DNA from: an uncultured Pseudomonadota bacterium
GTDB lineage: Bacteria > Oederibacteriota > Muellerivitia > Muellerivitales > Muellerivitaceae
Length of the DNA: 64,000 nt
Direction: 5' to 3'
Assembly (NCBI GenBank): GCA_963770835.1
Contig: CAVYRH010000004.1
Location: 704,001-768,000 of the forward strand
This document shows positions 10,436 to 20,224 of this stretch, one piece after another. Below the pieces are notes generated by a model that made no database searches, was not told the origin of the DNA, and was given only the letters and a program-made list of their open reading frames with translations. Both the position numbers and the translations under genes were made by a program. Position 1 is the first letter of the stretch, and each line of letters starts with the position of its first letter.

Positions 10436-10729
10436 TTAAAACCGTCCGTGGTCGCGGTCAAAGCGGTGGTCGTTATACCGGTGATAGCGGTCGTAAGCGA
10501 CACGGTCATAATGGAACCGGTAAAAGCGGTCCCAATCCGCCCGGCTGTAGTAATGCCCGCTGTACCAGCAATAGATACCCGGCCGACCGAAGACCAGGCG
10601 CACGCCCGGGAAAGAAACTGCCGCAGCTACTGGGGCAACCGGAGAGACGTAAACCACCGCCGCAGCGGAAGCAATTCCAGTCGAACCCAGCAAAACCAGC
10701 AAACCTAAAACCAACGTTAGCTTTTTCAT
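10436..10729 (-). CDS. Small secreted His/Arg/Tyr-rich hypothetical protein
   Basis: AAGGAG RBS, MKK signal peptide, terminator-like hairpin at about 10393-10425. Confidence 0.7.
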   Translation of the reverse strand: MKKLTLVLGLLVLLGSTGIASAAAVVYVSPVAPVAAAVSFPGVRLVFGRPGIYCWYSGHYYSRADWDRFYRFHYDRVAYDRYHRYNDHRFDRDHGRF

Positions 10730-10889
10730 TGTTTTTCTCCTTTGCGGCCTTATTTCGGCCTTTGCAAATAAGACGAGAGAAGGGGCCTTGCGGGTTTCAT
10801 GGAAAAATAAGGGATTTTGAAAAATAAATTTTTAGGAGAGCGGCACTTTTATTTGAACAGTGCCAAATCAAGAAGGCGCGAAAGGCGGG

Positions 10890-11492
10890 CTATAGTTCTC
10901 TTCGACCCTCGAGAGCCTTCAATAGGGTTGTCTCGTCCGCGTATTCCACGTCGCCGCCGGAGGGGAGTCCCCGCGCCAGACGGGTCACCTTGGAGAGAAT
11001 ACCTTTTAAGAGTTGTTGGATGTAAAGGGCGGTGGAATCCCCTTCCACCGTGGGGTCGGTGGCCACGATGACTTCCTTAAAGCTTCCGCCTTTTTTAATC
11101 CTTTCCACCAAGGCGTCCAGAGTCAAATCCTGCGGCCCCCGTCCCTCCAAAGGCGACAGCGTGCCCCCCAATACGTGGTAAAGGCCGTGATACTCATGGG
11201 TGCGCTCGAAAGCCGCGACGTCGCTCGGGTCTTCCACCACCAGCAGGGAAGTCCGGTCGCGGGTGGCTTGGGTACAGATGCGGCAAAGGGTTTCTTCCGT
11301 CAGGTTGAAACAATCCCGGCAGGGGTGGAGCTTGGTGCGGGCCTCCACCAGGGCGGAGGCCAGCGCTTTGGAAGTTTCCGTAGGCTGCTTCAACAGGTGA
11401 AACGCCAGGCGCTGGGCCGTGCGGGGCCCGATGCCGGGAAGCTTTTCCAATTCGTGCAGCAGCCTTTCAAGGGAAGGGGGATATTCGGCCAT
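10890..11492 (-). CDS. recR: Recombination mediator RecR
   Basis: LPGIGPRTAQR HhH, C4 zinc finger, Toprim. Confidence 0.97.
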   Translation of the reverse strand: MAEYPPSLERLLHELEKLPGIGPRTAQRLAFHLLKQPTETSKALASALVEARTKLHPCRDCFNLTEETLCRICTQATRDRTSLLVVEDPSDVAAFERTHEYHGLYHVLGGTLSPLEGRGPQDLTLDALVERIKKGGSFKEVIVATDPTVEGDSTALYIQQLLKGILSKVTRLARGLPSGGDVEYADETTLLKALEGRREL

Positions 11493-11494
11493 TC

Positions 11495-11791
11495 TTAAAA
11501 CATTCCGGGCAAGCCCAACCCGCCGGTCATTTTCGATACTTCGGTTTTGAGCTTTTCGTTCACCTGGTGGCCGGCGTCGTTGGTGGCGGCCTGGATGAGA
11601 TCCTGCAATTTTTCAGTGTCGCCGGCGGCCTTGGGATCGATCACCACCTTTTGAATCTCGTGCTTGCCGTTCATGGTGATCGTGACAGCCCCCTCTCCGG
11701 CGGTACCCGTAAAGGACTGGGCCTCCAACTCCTTCTGAAATTGGCCCATTCTTTCCTTCAGCGCGTGGGCTTGGCGGATGATGTCGAACAT
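11495..11791 (-). CDS. ybaB: YbaB/EbfC nucleoid-associated protein
   Basis: Sequence similarity and conserved dnaX-ybaB-recR order. Confidence 0.93.
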   Translation of the reverse strand: MFDIIRQAHALKERMGQFQKELEAQSFTGTAGEGAVTITMNGKHEIQKVVIDPKAAGDTEKLQDLIQAATNDAGHQVNEKLKTEVSKMTGGLGLPGMF

Positions 11792-11799
11792 TTAAACTC

Positions 11800-11834
11800 C
11801 AGTCGGCAGCCCGCAGTCCACAGTCGACAGCTAT
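11800..11834. repeat. Degenerate heptamer tandem repeat (CAGTCnn)
   Basis: cagtcgg cagcccg cagtcca cagtcga cagctat. Confidence 0.7.
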
Positions 11835-11858
11835 CAACGGTGAACCGGTAACTGCCAG

Positions 11859-13577
11859 CTACTTTTGGGGATTATTTCTTTTCACTTCAACGATCTTCCC
11901 ACCGAACATTTTGAGCGCGGCAGCCACGATGGGTTCTTCCTTTTCGAGTTTTTCCACGTCCACCTTCGGGGCCGAGAGGGGTTTGGGGGCACGAGGACCG
12001 GAGGGTTTCTCGGGAGAGGGGGCGCTGCTTTCGGGAAGGACGGGGACCAATGTGATCTTGCGGCCCAGGACCTCTTCCAGCAGTTTTTCCAGGAACACCT
12101 TGTTTTCCGGTTTGGAAAGCTGTTCGTGATGGAAGGGCCCCTTACAGACCAAGGTGAGGGTTCCTTCGTCGATTTTCTTGGGGCGGGTGTCGACCAAGAC
12201 GCCCTTTAAGCTGGCCTTCTGCGCGCCGACCTTTTCCAAAAACTCCTGCCACTGGGACTTCAATTTGGCCATCTCCGGGTTTTGCTCGGCCTCCACGGGT
12301 TCCTCGATCTCGTCCACCGCCAAGACCGGTTCGCCCATGGGCGCCAGTGCGGGCTTGGGCGCAAAGGAAGCTGCCCCTTCGCTGACGCTTCGGGGGGCAG
12401 GCGGCTTGTCAGTCGAAGCCTTGGCGTAGGCCGGGGAAGGTGCGCGGCCGCCCTCCACCTGTTTCAACAGGTCGCCCACGGAAATCAAGTTCTTCAAGCG
12501 ACAAAGCTCGAGAACCAATGTTTCCAAAATGACCTGGGGGTTGGCCGAGTGCCGCACGGCCCATTCCTGCTCAATGAGCAGCCGCAAGGAAGAAAGGATT
12601 TGCGCTTCCTCCATCTGGGAGGAAAGGGCGGTGAGTTTGGCGACCTCATCGGCGGACAAGGGAATCAGGGAGGCGGCGGAAGCGGGATAGGCCTTGGCCA
12701 CCGCCAGGTGCCGGAAGGTTTCCAGAAGGCCGGCGTAAAAATGCTCCAGGTCCTTACCGCCGTCGATGACGCCCTTGACCACGGCCAGGGCGGAGGGGGC
12801 GTCCTGGCTCGCAGCGGCCTCGGCCAGCTTGAGAAATACCTCTTCATCGATCGCGCCCAGGACCACGCGGATGTCCTCCAGGGTGACTTTCTTGCCGGAG
12901 AAGGCCACCAGCTGGTCCAGGTTCCTCTGAGCGTCCCGCATGGAGCCGCCGCCCGAACGGGCGACCTGGTAGAGGGCCTTGTCGTCGATTTCGATCTTCT
13001 CGGCTTCCGAAATGCGCCGCAACTGTTTCTGGAGGGTATCCAGGCCCATGGCGCGGAACTCGAAACGCTGGCAGCGGGACTGGACGGTAGCGGGAAAGGA
13101 GTGGATTTCGGTGGAGGCCAGGATGAAGACGACGTGGGCCGGGGGTTCCTCCAGAGTTTTCAGGAAGGCGTCGAAGGCGGCCTTCGAGATGCGGTGGGCT
13201 TCGTCGAAGATGTAGACCTTGTACTTGGCTTTGGCCGGGGCATTGCCCACGCGTTGCTGCAAGTCGCGGATATCATCAATGCCGTTCACGGAAGCGGCGT
13301 CGATCTCGATGATGTCCATGGACGTCCCGTTGTTGACATCCTCACAAATATCGCAGGTATTGCAGGGTTCGGTGTCCTTGGGGTTGCGGCAGTTGAGCGC
13401 CTTGGCGAAGATGCGGGCAGTGGTGGTCTTCCCCACGCCCCGAGGCCCGGCGAAGATATAGGCATGGGCCACGCGGTCGGCGCGGATGGCGTTTTGGAGG
13501 GTTCGGGTGATGTGTTCCTGGCCCACCATATCGGCGAAGACCTGGGGGCGCCATTTGAGGGCCATAACTTGGGACAT
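11859..13577 (-). CDS. dnaX: DNA polymerase III subunit gamma/tau
   Basis: KWRPQ, GPRGVGKT Walker A, EIDAAS, DEAH, SRCQ. Confidence 0.97.
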   Translation of the reverse strand: MSQVMALKWRPQVFADMVGQEHITRTLQNAIRADRVAHAYIFAGPRGVGKTTTARIFAKALNCRNPKDTEPCNTCDICEDVNNGTSMDIIEIDAASVNGIDDIRDLQQRVGNAPAKAKYKVYIFDEAHRISKAAFDAFLKTLEEPPAHVVFILASTEIHSFPATVQSRCQRFEFRAMGLDTLQKQLRRISEAEKIEIDDKALYQVARSGGGSMRDAQRNLDQLVAFSGKKVTLEDIRVVLGAIDEEVFLKLAEAAASQDAPSALAVVKGVIDGGKDLEHFYAGLLETFRHLAVAKAYPASAASLIPLSADEVAKLTALSSQMEEAQILSSLRLLIEQEWAVRHSANPQVILETLVLELCRLKNLISVGDLLKQVEGGRAPSPAYAKASTDKPPAPRSVSEGAASFAPKPALAPMGEPVLAVDEIEEPVEAEQNPEMAKLKSQWQEFLEKVGAQKASLKGVLVDTRPKKIDEGTLTLVCKGPFHHEQLSKPENKVFLEKLLEEVLGRKITLVPVLPESSAPSPEKPSGPRAPKPLSAPKVDVEKLEKEEPIVAAALKMFGGKIVEVKRNNPQK

Positions 13578-13586
13578 CTAAAACTC

Positions 13587-13656
13587 CAGTCTGAAGTTCG
13601 CAGTCCGCAGTTCGCAGTGAAAGACCTGAAATTTAGACCTGAGAACTTCGAACTCG
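13587..13656. repeat. Degenerate heptamer tandem repeat
   Basis: cagtctg aagttcg cagtccg cagttcg cagtgaa ... gaacttc gaactcg. Confidence 0.6.
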
Positions 13657-13674
13657 CCGCCCGTAGGGCGGCGC

Positions 13675-13799
13675 TCACCCCGCCGTGGGAGCCAGGTTAC
13701 CTACAACACCCGAACATCGACCTGACCGTTGCTTCCTTCCGGACCTAGCGGAGTTGGGGCCGCATCGCCGTATAGGACCCGACTCCCACGCCGGGGTGA
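13675..13799 (-). ncRNA. ffs: Signal recognition particle RNA (4.5S)
   Basis: Reverse complement has AGGTCCGGAAGGAAGCA in a long hairpin closed by TCACCCCG.CGTGGGAG / CTCCCACG.CGGGGTGA; canonical position upstream of dnaX. Confidence 0.9.
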
Positions 13800-13981
13800 C
13801 AAAACCATCGTATCGGAAGGTTTCTGTGTTTTCCATCCGTCAATGGGGAGTGAATTATAGTGTAAAAGAGGTGGAAAACGCGGGTGAAAAGAATCTTAGT
13901 AAAATCCTTTATGCTTGCGATAAAAATAAGGTTTTGGGTAATATACTCGTCCTTTCCTTAGATTTTAGGAAAGAAACTGAC

Positions 13982-14058
13982 GCGCCTGTGGCTCAACTGG
14001 ATAGAGCAACTGACTACGGATCAGTAGGTTGGGGGTTCAAATCCCTCCAGGCGCACCA
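13982..14058 (+). tRNA. tRNA-Arg(ACG)
   Basis: GCGCCTGTGGCTCAACTGGATAGAGC...ctACGga...GGTTCAAATCC...GCGCACCA. Confidence 0.96.
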
Positions 14059-14077
14059 TCTTTCTTTATAGATAGTA

Positions 14078-14554
14078 GTGAGGTTTCAGCTGAACCACTC
14101 CCCCGAACATTTCATGCGGGAAGCTTTGAAGGAAGCCGCCAAGGCCGCCCGAAAGGGCGAAGTTCCTGTGGGTGCGGTGGTGGTGAAGGGTGGAAAGATC
14201 ATTGCCCGGGGGCATAACCTCACCGAGCAAAAACAAAGTGTCCTGACCCATGCGGAAATGATGGCCTTATCCAAGGCCTCGAAGAAACTGAAAAGCTGGC
14301 GTTTGAATGGTTGTGATTTATATGTGACCTTGGAGCCTTGTGGCATGTGCGCGGGAGCCATTGTGTTATCGAGGATCGAGAACCTTTTTTACGGGGCCGC
14401 AGATCCCAAGGCGGGGGTTGTCGAAAGTATCGCAAAGGCCCTGGAGAACCCGAAATTGAACCACCGGGTCAAAGTTACCGGCGGTATATTAAAGGAAGAA
14501 TGTTCGAAGGTTTTGAGCGATTTCTTCAAGGAAATTCGCCGCAAGGCCAAATGA
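14078..14554 (+). CDS. tadA: tRNA adenosine(34) deaminase
   Basis: GEVPVGAV, HAE, TLEPCGMC, YGAADPK. Confidence 0.95.
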   Translation: MRFQLNHSPEHFMREALKEAAKAARKGEVPVGAVVVKGGKIIARGHNLTEQKQSVLTHAEMMALSKASKKLKSWRLNGCDLYVTLEPCGMCAGAIVLSRIENLFYGAADPKAGVVESIAKALENPKLNHRVKVTGGILKEECSKVLSDFFKEIRRKAK

Positions 14555-14561
14555 CGGTTGT

Positions 14562-14637
14562 GGGGATGTAGCTCAGTTGGGAGAGCGTCTCGTTCGCAAC
14601 GAGAAGGTCGGCGGTTCGATCCCGCTCATCTCCACCA
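14562..14637 (+). tRNA. tRNA-Ala(CGC)
   Basis: GGGGATGTAGCTCAGTTGGGAGAGC, anticodon arm tctcg-ttCGCaa-cgaga, CCA end. Confidence 0.95.
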
Positions 14638-14695
14638 ATTTTTTTGATGTGTCGTTGAGGGGAGTGAGCATTGCCTCGGCCCCTTTTTTGTTTAC

Positions 14696-14786
14696 GGAGA
14701 GATGGCCGAGCGGTCGAAGGCGCACGCCTGGAAAGCGTGTAGGCTCCAAAAGGGTCTCAAGGGTTCGAATCCCTTTCTCTCCGCCA
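14696..14786 (+). tRNA. tRNA-Ser(GGA)
   Basis: GGAGAGATGGCCGAGCGG..ctGGAaa.. long variable arm, GGTTCGAATCC, CCA end. Confidence 0.95.
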
Positions 14787-14816
14787 TTATTTTCTTTTCC
14801 GAAGCTCCCCTAAAGT

Positions 14817-15422
14817 TTACCTATCCCAAAAACCCGACAAAAGCAGGATGCCAACGACGCCGAAGGCTAAGGCGGCGATCCGCTGCAATAGGGCGGGCCG
14901 GATGAACTTCTTGGAATGGTGCCCGATCAGGACGAACATCCCGCTGGCCAGCCAAAGGGCCGAGGTGGAGGCCAGGAAAACCGTCGCCGGGTGCCCGCTG
15001 GCGGCCACCCGGGTGGCGGTGGCCAACTGGGTCAAGTCCCCCCATTCGGCGATAAAAATCACAAGGAAAGCGGACCAAACGGTTTTCCAGAAATGGTCCT
15101 TGGCCTTGAGCTTGGCTTTCCCCTCTTTTTCCTCTCCCCGGAACCACATCCAAACGGCGAAGCCTAAGAAAAGGATTCCCGCGCCCACATGCACCACGCG
15201 GTGGGGTAAAAGCGTCAGGAGGCTTCCGGCGAGGATGGCGATGAGGTTTTGGACCAGGTAGGCCCCGCAGACCCCCAGGTAGACCCCCAGGGGATGGCGC
15301 TGGCTGGACATGATCAGGACGGCGAAAGCCGTCTTATCCGGCAGTTCGGCCAAGAAGATCAGGACGAAAGTGGAAAAAAAGAGTTCCCAATCCATCCCAT
15401 GTTGGAAAAGGGTAGGCTCCAT
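14817..15422 (-). CDS. TMEM165/GDT1 (UPF0016) Mn/Ca transporter
   Basis: Two motif copies AELPDKT and AEWGDLTQ. Confidence 0.9.
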   Translation of the reverse strand: MEPTLFQHGMDWELFFSTFVLIFLAELPDKTAFAVLIMSSQRHPLGVYLGVCGAYLVQNLIAILAGSLLTLLPHRVVHVGAGILFLGFAVWMWFRGEEKEGKAKLKAKDHFWKTVWSAFLVIFIAEWGDLTQLATATRVAASGHPATVFLASTSALWLASGMFVLIGHHSKKFIRPALLQRIAALAFGVVGILLLSGFWDR

Positions 15423-15583
15423 AGGCCGCCCATCATAGGTTCCCGGCCGCGGGGAATCACGGATTTTTCGCTCCCCCCAAGGCCATTTTGGGGGTTTGGG
15501 GTCCTGAAACCTTTTGGAACCGCCTGTCGTCTTATATGCAGCCGTTTTGGAATAGGGCTAATCCATTGGGGGAGGTGGGGAAG

Positions 15584-15808
15584 ATGAAACGTTCTTTAGC
15601 TGTCGCGCTGAGCATGCTGGTCTTGGCCGGTACATCCATGGTTTGGGCGGATTCGACTAGCCCGACCAAAACCGTTAAAACCGTGAAACACCACAAGAAG
15701 CGTAAGGTGGCTTTGAACCCCCAACCCCTTCCGCCGGCCAAAGTTCCGGTTGACGGCGCCTCCGCTGGGCCGGGAGGCAGGACGACCGGGCCCAACACCC
15801 ACCAATAA
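15584..15808 (+). CDS. Small secreted basic protein with ALNPQPLPP motif
   Basis: GGAGG RBS, signal peptide ending VWA, followed by a terminator. Confidence 0.65.
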   Translation: MKRSLAVALSMLVLAGTSMVWADSTSPTKTVKTVKHHKKRKVALNPQPLPPAKVPVDGASAGPGGRTTGPNTHQ

Positions 15809-15831
15809 GTTTTCAGCGCATAAAGCAATCC

Positions 15832-15862
15832 AGGGCGTCCTCCCAAAAGGACGCCCTTTTTT
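15832..15862 (+). terminator. Intrinsic terminator
   Basis: AGGGCGTCCT...AGGACGCCCT followed by T tract. Confidence 0.75.
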
Positions 15863-15943
15863 GTGCCCTTTGGGCATTCCTTTTTGCACGCCTAATGGTT
15901 AATCTAGTGGGAGCCGATGGATACAAAAACGAAGGGAGGAAAA

Positions 15944-16141
15944 ATGAAAAATTTATTCAGGATTTTGCTGGGCGTTTTGTTTTTAGGCAGCGCGGGTATA
16001 GCCATGGCGGACGACCACCCGGGGGATCACCCGGACGACCATCATAAAATCGTCCACAAAAAAAGACGCCATCACCCCAAGCCGGTTCATCATGACGACC
16101 ACCCCGTCGATCATCACGACGACCACCCGGACCAGCATTAA
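15944..16141 (+). CDS. Small secreted His/Asp-rich protein
   Basis: GGAGG RBS, signal peptide ending AMA, DDHP repeats. Confidence 0.7.
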   Translation: MKNLFRILLGVLFLGSAGIAMADDHPGDHPDDHHKIVHKKRRHHPKPVHHDDHPVDHHDDHPDQH

Positions 16142-16163
16142 TCCTTAAGAGAAGCGGATATGG

Positions 16164-16194
16164 GGCGGAAGCCAAAAGGCTTCCGCCTTTTTTT
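16164..16194 (+). terminator. Intrinsic terminator
   Basis: GGCGGAAGCC-AAAA-GGCTTCCGCC followed by T tract. Confidence 0.8.
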
Positions 16195-16525
16195 ATGCCC
16201 ATTTCTTGAAGACGAAAAAGACGGCCCCCACCATGAAGGCGAATCCCACTAGATAATTCCATTTAAGGTCTTCCTTCAGGAAAAAAACCGAGAAGAAACA
16301 AAAAACGATAAGGGTGATGACTTCCTGGATGGTCTTCAGCTGGGCGGTGGTGAACTCGTAACTGCCGATTCGGTTGGCGGGCACCTGGAAGCAATATTCG
16401 AAGAAGGCGATGCCCCAGCTCACCAGGATGGCGATCCAGAGGGGGCTGGTCTTGTATTTGAGGTGCCCGTACCAGGCGAAGGTCATGAAGGCATTGGAAA
16501 TGAACAACAATAGGATGGTGCGCAT
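16193..16525 (-). CDS. DMT-superfamily small membrane protein (DUF486-like)
   Basis: SNAFMTFAWYGHLK, FEYCFQVPANRIG, QLKTIQEVITL. Confidence 0.85.
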   Translation of the reverse strand: MRTILLLFISNAFMTFAWYGHLKYKTSPLWIAILVSWGIAFFEYCFQVPANRIGSYEFTTAQLKTIQEVITLIVFCFFSVFFLKEDLKWNYLVGFAFMVGAVFFVFKKWA

Positions 16526-16685
16526 AGGGCGTACCCCTTTCTTAGGTATAAGCGGCGACCCAAATTAAACCGAGCCCCCCGCCAAAACAATGGGGTTCCT
16601 CTCATGTTCCCCGGGAATAACGCCTTGAAGCCCCTCCCGAAAGACCCTAAACTGTCGCTCCATTTCGCCAAGAAAGGAAAAACCC

Positions 16686-19600
16686 GTGGCCCGGCCGCTC
16701 TTTTTGGACGCCCTCAAGAAAAAAGTCCTCATCTTTGATGGGGCCATGGGCACCAATATCCAGGTTTATAACCTCACGAAAGAGGATTTCGGGGGCAAGG
16801 AGGGCCTGAACGACTACCTGGTCATCACCAAGCCCCAGGTCATCCGGGAGATCCACGAGGGGTTCCTCAAAGTGGGGGTCGACTGCCTGGAAACCAATAC
16901 CTTCGGCTCCAACCGCTTGAAACTGGAAGAGTACGGTATCGGCGACCAGATCGTGCAGGTCAACACCGCCGCCGTCAAGCTGGCGCGCGAATTGGCCGAT
17001 AAGTATTCCACCCCCGACCAACCCCGCTTCGTTGTCGGCTCCATGGGCCCCACGGGCATGCTTCCCGCCTCGGAAGACCCGGACCTGGGCAAGATCACCG
17101 TCGATGAATTGGAAGCCATTTATTATGAGCAGGCCTGCATCATGATCGACGCGGGCGTGGACGCGCTCCTGGTGGAAACCAGCCAGGACATCCTGGAAAT
17201 GCGCGCGGCGGTCTTCGGCTGCCACCGGGCGCGCACCGAGAAGAAATCACCCGTGGGGATCATGGCCCAGACCACGCTGGACACCACGGGCCGCATGCTG
17301 CTGGGCACGGACATCGGTTCGGTGCTTTCCACCTTCTCGCGCCTTCCCATCGACGTACTCGGCATGAACTGTTCCACCGGCCCCAAGGAAATGAAGGACT
17401 CGGTGCGGTACCTGGGCCAATACTCGGGCATCCCCATCTCCACGATCCCCAACGCGGGCCTTCCCGAAAACCGGGGCGGCCAGGCGGTTTATCCGCTGAA
17501 ACCGGAGGCCCTGGCGGCGGCGCTGAAGGAATTCGTCGAGGAGTTCGGCGTCAACGTGGTGGGGGGCTGCTGCGGCACCACCCATGAGCACCTGCGCCAA
17601 GTGGTCCAGGCCATCGGCCACCGGGCGCCCAAGAAGCGGGACGTGACCCACCTTTGCAACGTTTCCTCGATGATCAAGGCCGTGGACATGGACCAGGACC
17701 CCAAGCCGCTGATCGTGGGTGAGCGCGTCAATTCCCAAGGCTCCCGCAAGATCAAGCAGATGCTTTTGGCGGACGACTACGAGGGCATGGTGGCGGTCGG
17801 GCGGGGCCAGGCCGAGGGCGGGGCCCATGTGCTGGACGTCTGCGTTGCCTTGACCGAACGGCCCGACGAGAAGGACCAGATGAAGGCGGTCGTCAAAAAG
17901 CTGGCCCTGGGGGTGGATACGCCGGTCATGATCGACAGCACCGAGGCGGACGTCATTGAGGCGGCCCTGAAAATTTACCCGGGCCGGGCGATGGTGAATT
18001 CCATCAACCTGGAAGGGGACGGCTCCCGCGTGAAGCGGGTCTGCCCTTTGATCAAAAAATACGGCGCCACGGTCGTGGCCATGACCATCGACGACCTCTA
18101 TTACGACAAGTCCAAACCCGCGGAAAAGGGCATGGCGAAAACCGCCGCCCGGAAGCTGGAAGTGGCCAAGAAGATCACGGATATCTGCGTGAACGAATAC
18201 GGCATTCCCGCCGAGGACATCGTCTTCGACGCCCTCACCTTTACCCTGGCCACCGGCGAGGCGGAATTCCTGAACTCCGCCGTCGAGACCATGGAAGGCA
18301 TCAAGGCGATCAAGAAGGAAATCCCGGGCGTGCGCACCGTGTTGGGCTTGTCCAACGTGTCCTTCGGGCTTTCCAAGCAGGCGCGCGAAGTGCTCAATTC
18401 CGTCTTCCTTTACCATTGCGTGCACGCGGGGCTGGATATGGCCATCCTGAACCCGGCGGATATCAAGCCCTACGCTTCCATCGCCGGGGACGAGCGCAAG
18501 CTGGCCGACGATCTGGTCTTCAACCGCGACCCCCAGGCCCTGGCCCATTTCATCCAGCATTTCGCGGGCAAGGCCCCCGTGGAGGCCCAAGGCGCCGCCG
18601 ACCCGACGGAAGGCATGACCTTCGCCCAGAAGGTCCATTGGAAGATCGTCAACCGCAAGCCCGACAAGATCGAGGCGGACCTGGCCGAGGTGATGAAGGA
18701 AAAAACCGCCGTCGAGACCCTCAATACCGTCCTCCTTCCCGCCATGAAGGAAGTGGGGGACAAGTTCGGTTCCGGTGAATTGATATTGCCTTTCGTGCTG
18801 CAATCCGCCGAGGTCATGAAGCGGGCCGTGGCCTATGTGGAACAGTTCCTGGACAAGTCCACCGCCACCACCAAGGGCACGGTGGTGCTGGCCACCGTTT
18901 ACGGCGACGTGCACGACATCGGCAAGAACCTGGTGAGGACCATCCTTTCCAACAACGGCTACACGGTTTACGACCTGGGCAAGCAGGTGCCCGTTTCCAC
19001 CATCATCGCCAAGGCGCAGGAAGTGAAGGCCGACGCCATCGGCCTTTCGGCCCTCCTGGTGGTCACCAGCAAGCAGATGCCCATCTGCGTACAGGAACTG
19101 GAAAAGATGGGCCTCCAATATCCCGTGGTGGTTGGGGGCGCCGCCATCAACCGCCGCTATGGCTACCGCATCAGCTTCGTGGATGAGAAGCTTTACGAAC
19201 CCGGCGTTTATTACGCCAAGGATGCCTTCGAGGGGCTCGATATCCTGAACGCCCTGTCGGACCTAGCCAGTCGGGAAACCTTCCGGAACAAGGTGAAGGA
19301 AGAAGCCCTCAACTCCAAGGCCGTCGGGTTCGCCGACGCCAAGGTGGAAGAGGGGGAAGCCACGCCGGAAAAATACCCGCCCACGGTCAAACCGGCCCTG
19401 ACCATCCCGAAGAATCCCTTCGCGGGAACCTCCATTATCAACAAGGTGCCTTTAAGGGAAATCTGGCCCTATTTGGACCTGACCCAGCTTTACAAGCTCA
19501 ATTGGGGGGTCAAGGGCAAGGATTCGGAAGAGTATAAGCACCTCATCCAGACCCAGTTCGAGCCCATGCGCCTGAAGATGCAGGACGAGATTTTGGCCAA

Positions 19601-20159
19601 GAACTGGTTCGAGCCCAAGCTGGTTTATGGCTTCTGGTTGGCCAACTCGGAAGGCAACGACCTTATTATTTACGACGGCAACAACCCCAAGAAGGAACTG
19701 GAACGCTTCAAGTTCCCCCGCCAGCGCGTCGGTCGGCATTTGTGCCTGTCCGATTACTTCAAGCCGGTTGCCTCCGGCGAGAAGGACGTCGTGGCTTTCC
19801 AAGTCGTTACTATCGGCGATAAGGCCACGGAAATCATCGAGAAGTTGAACAAAGACGGAAAATACACCGATTCCTATTATTTACACGGTTTGGCCGTGCA
19901 GACCGCCGAAGCCATGGCGGAATGGATTCACCGCCGAATCCGCAAAGAATGGGACCTGCCCATCGGGCAAGGGAAGCGCTATTCGCCCGGCTATCCCGCC
20001 TGCCCCGAGCAATCGGACCAGGAAAAGTATTTCCGGCTCCTGGACGCCACCAAAGCCATCGGCATCACCCTCACGGAAGCCCACATGATGGTGCCCGAGC
20101 AGTCCACCAGCGCCATTGTCATCCACCACCCCGAATGCGAGTATTTCGCGGTGCGTTGA
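16686..20159 (+). CDS. metH: Cobalamin-dependent methionine synthase
   Basis: DGAMGT, GGCCGT, pterin-binding domain, GDVHDIGKN B12 motif, RYSPGYPACP activation domain. Confidence 0.97.
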   Translation: MARPLFLDALKKKVLIFDGAMGTNIQVYNLTKEDFGGKEGLNDYLVITKPQVIREIHEGFLKVGVDCLETNTFGSNRLKLEEYGIGDQIVQVNTAAVKLARELADKYSTPDQPRFVVGSMGPTGMLPASEDPDLGKITVDELEAIYYEQACIMIDAGVDALLVETSQDILEMRAAVFGCHRARTEKKSPVGIMAQTTLDTTGRMLLGTDIGSVLSTFSRLPIDVLGMNCSTGPKEMKDSVRYLGQYSGIPISTIPNAGLPENRGGQAVYPLKPEALAAALKEFVEEFGVNVVGGCCGTTHEHLRQVVQAIGHRAPKKRDVTHLCNVSSMIKAVDMDQDPKPLIVGERVNSQGSRKIKQMLLADDYEGMVAVGRGQAEGGAHVLDVCVALTERPDEKDQMKAVVKKLALGVDTPVMIDSTEADVIEAALKIYPGRAMVNSINLEGDGSRVKRVCPLIKKYGATVVAMTIDDLYYDKSKPAEKGMAKTAARKLEVAKKITDICVNEYGIPAEDIVFDALTFTLATGEAEFLNSAVETMEGIKAIKKEIPGVRTVLGLSNVSFGLSKQAREVLNSVFLYHCVHAGLDMAILNPADIKPYASIAGDERKLADDLVFNRDPQALAHFIQHFAGKAPVEAQGAADPTEGMTFAQKVHWKIVNRKPDKIEADLAEVMKEKTAVETLNTVLLPAMKEVGDKFGSGELILPFVLQSAEVMKRAVAYVEQFLDKSTATTKGTVVLATVYGDVHDIGKNLVRTILSNNGYTVYDLGKQVPVSTIIAKAQEVKADAIGLSALLVVTSKQMPICVQELEKMGLQYPVVVGGAAINRRYGYRISFVDEKLYEPGVYYAKDAFEGLDILNALSDLASRETFRNKVKEEALNSKAVGFADAKVEEGEATPEKYPPTVKPALTIPKNPFAGTSIINKVPLREIWPYLDLTQLYKLNWGVKGKDSEEYKHLIQTQFEPMRLKMQDEILAKNWFEPKLVYGFWLANSEGNDLIIYDGNNPKKELERFKFPRQRVGRHLCLSDYFKPVASGEKDVVAFQVVTIGDKATEIIEKLNKDGKYTDSYYLHGLAVQTAEAMAEWIHRRIRKEWDLPIGQGKRYSPGYPACPEQSDQEKYFRLLDATKAIGITLTEAHMMVPEQSTSAIVIHHPECEYFAVR

Positions 20160-20187
20160 AAAGCTCTTGACCGGAATATACCGAAAG

Positions 20188-20204
20188 GATATCTTTGTGA
20201 TATC
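20188..20204. promoter_or_regulatory. Putative TA autoregulatory operator
   Basis: GATATC-tttgt-GATATC palindrome downstream of TTGACC, upstream of the antitoxin. Confidence 0.45.
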
Positions 20205-20224
20205 TCTTTTGGGAGGTTTCCGCC

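Noticed and set aside
15423..15560. yybP-ykoY Mn riboswitch before the GDT1 gene
   Set aside because: No recognisable consensus seen.
16526..16685. SAM, SAH or B12 riboswitch before metH
   Set aside because: I could not find the conserved motifs by eye; an Rfam scan would settle it.
17247..19118. Long antisense ORFs over metH (also 12282-13748 over dnaX and 50390-51688 over kdpD)
   Set aside because: Shadows caused by high GC at third codon positions; no recognisable motifs.
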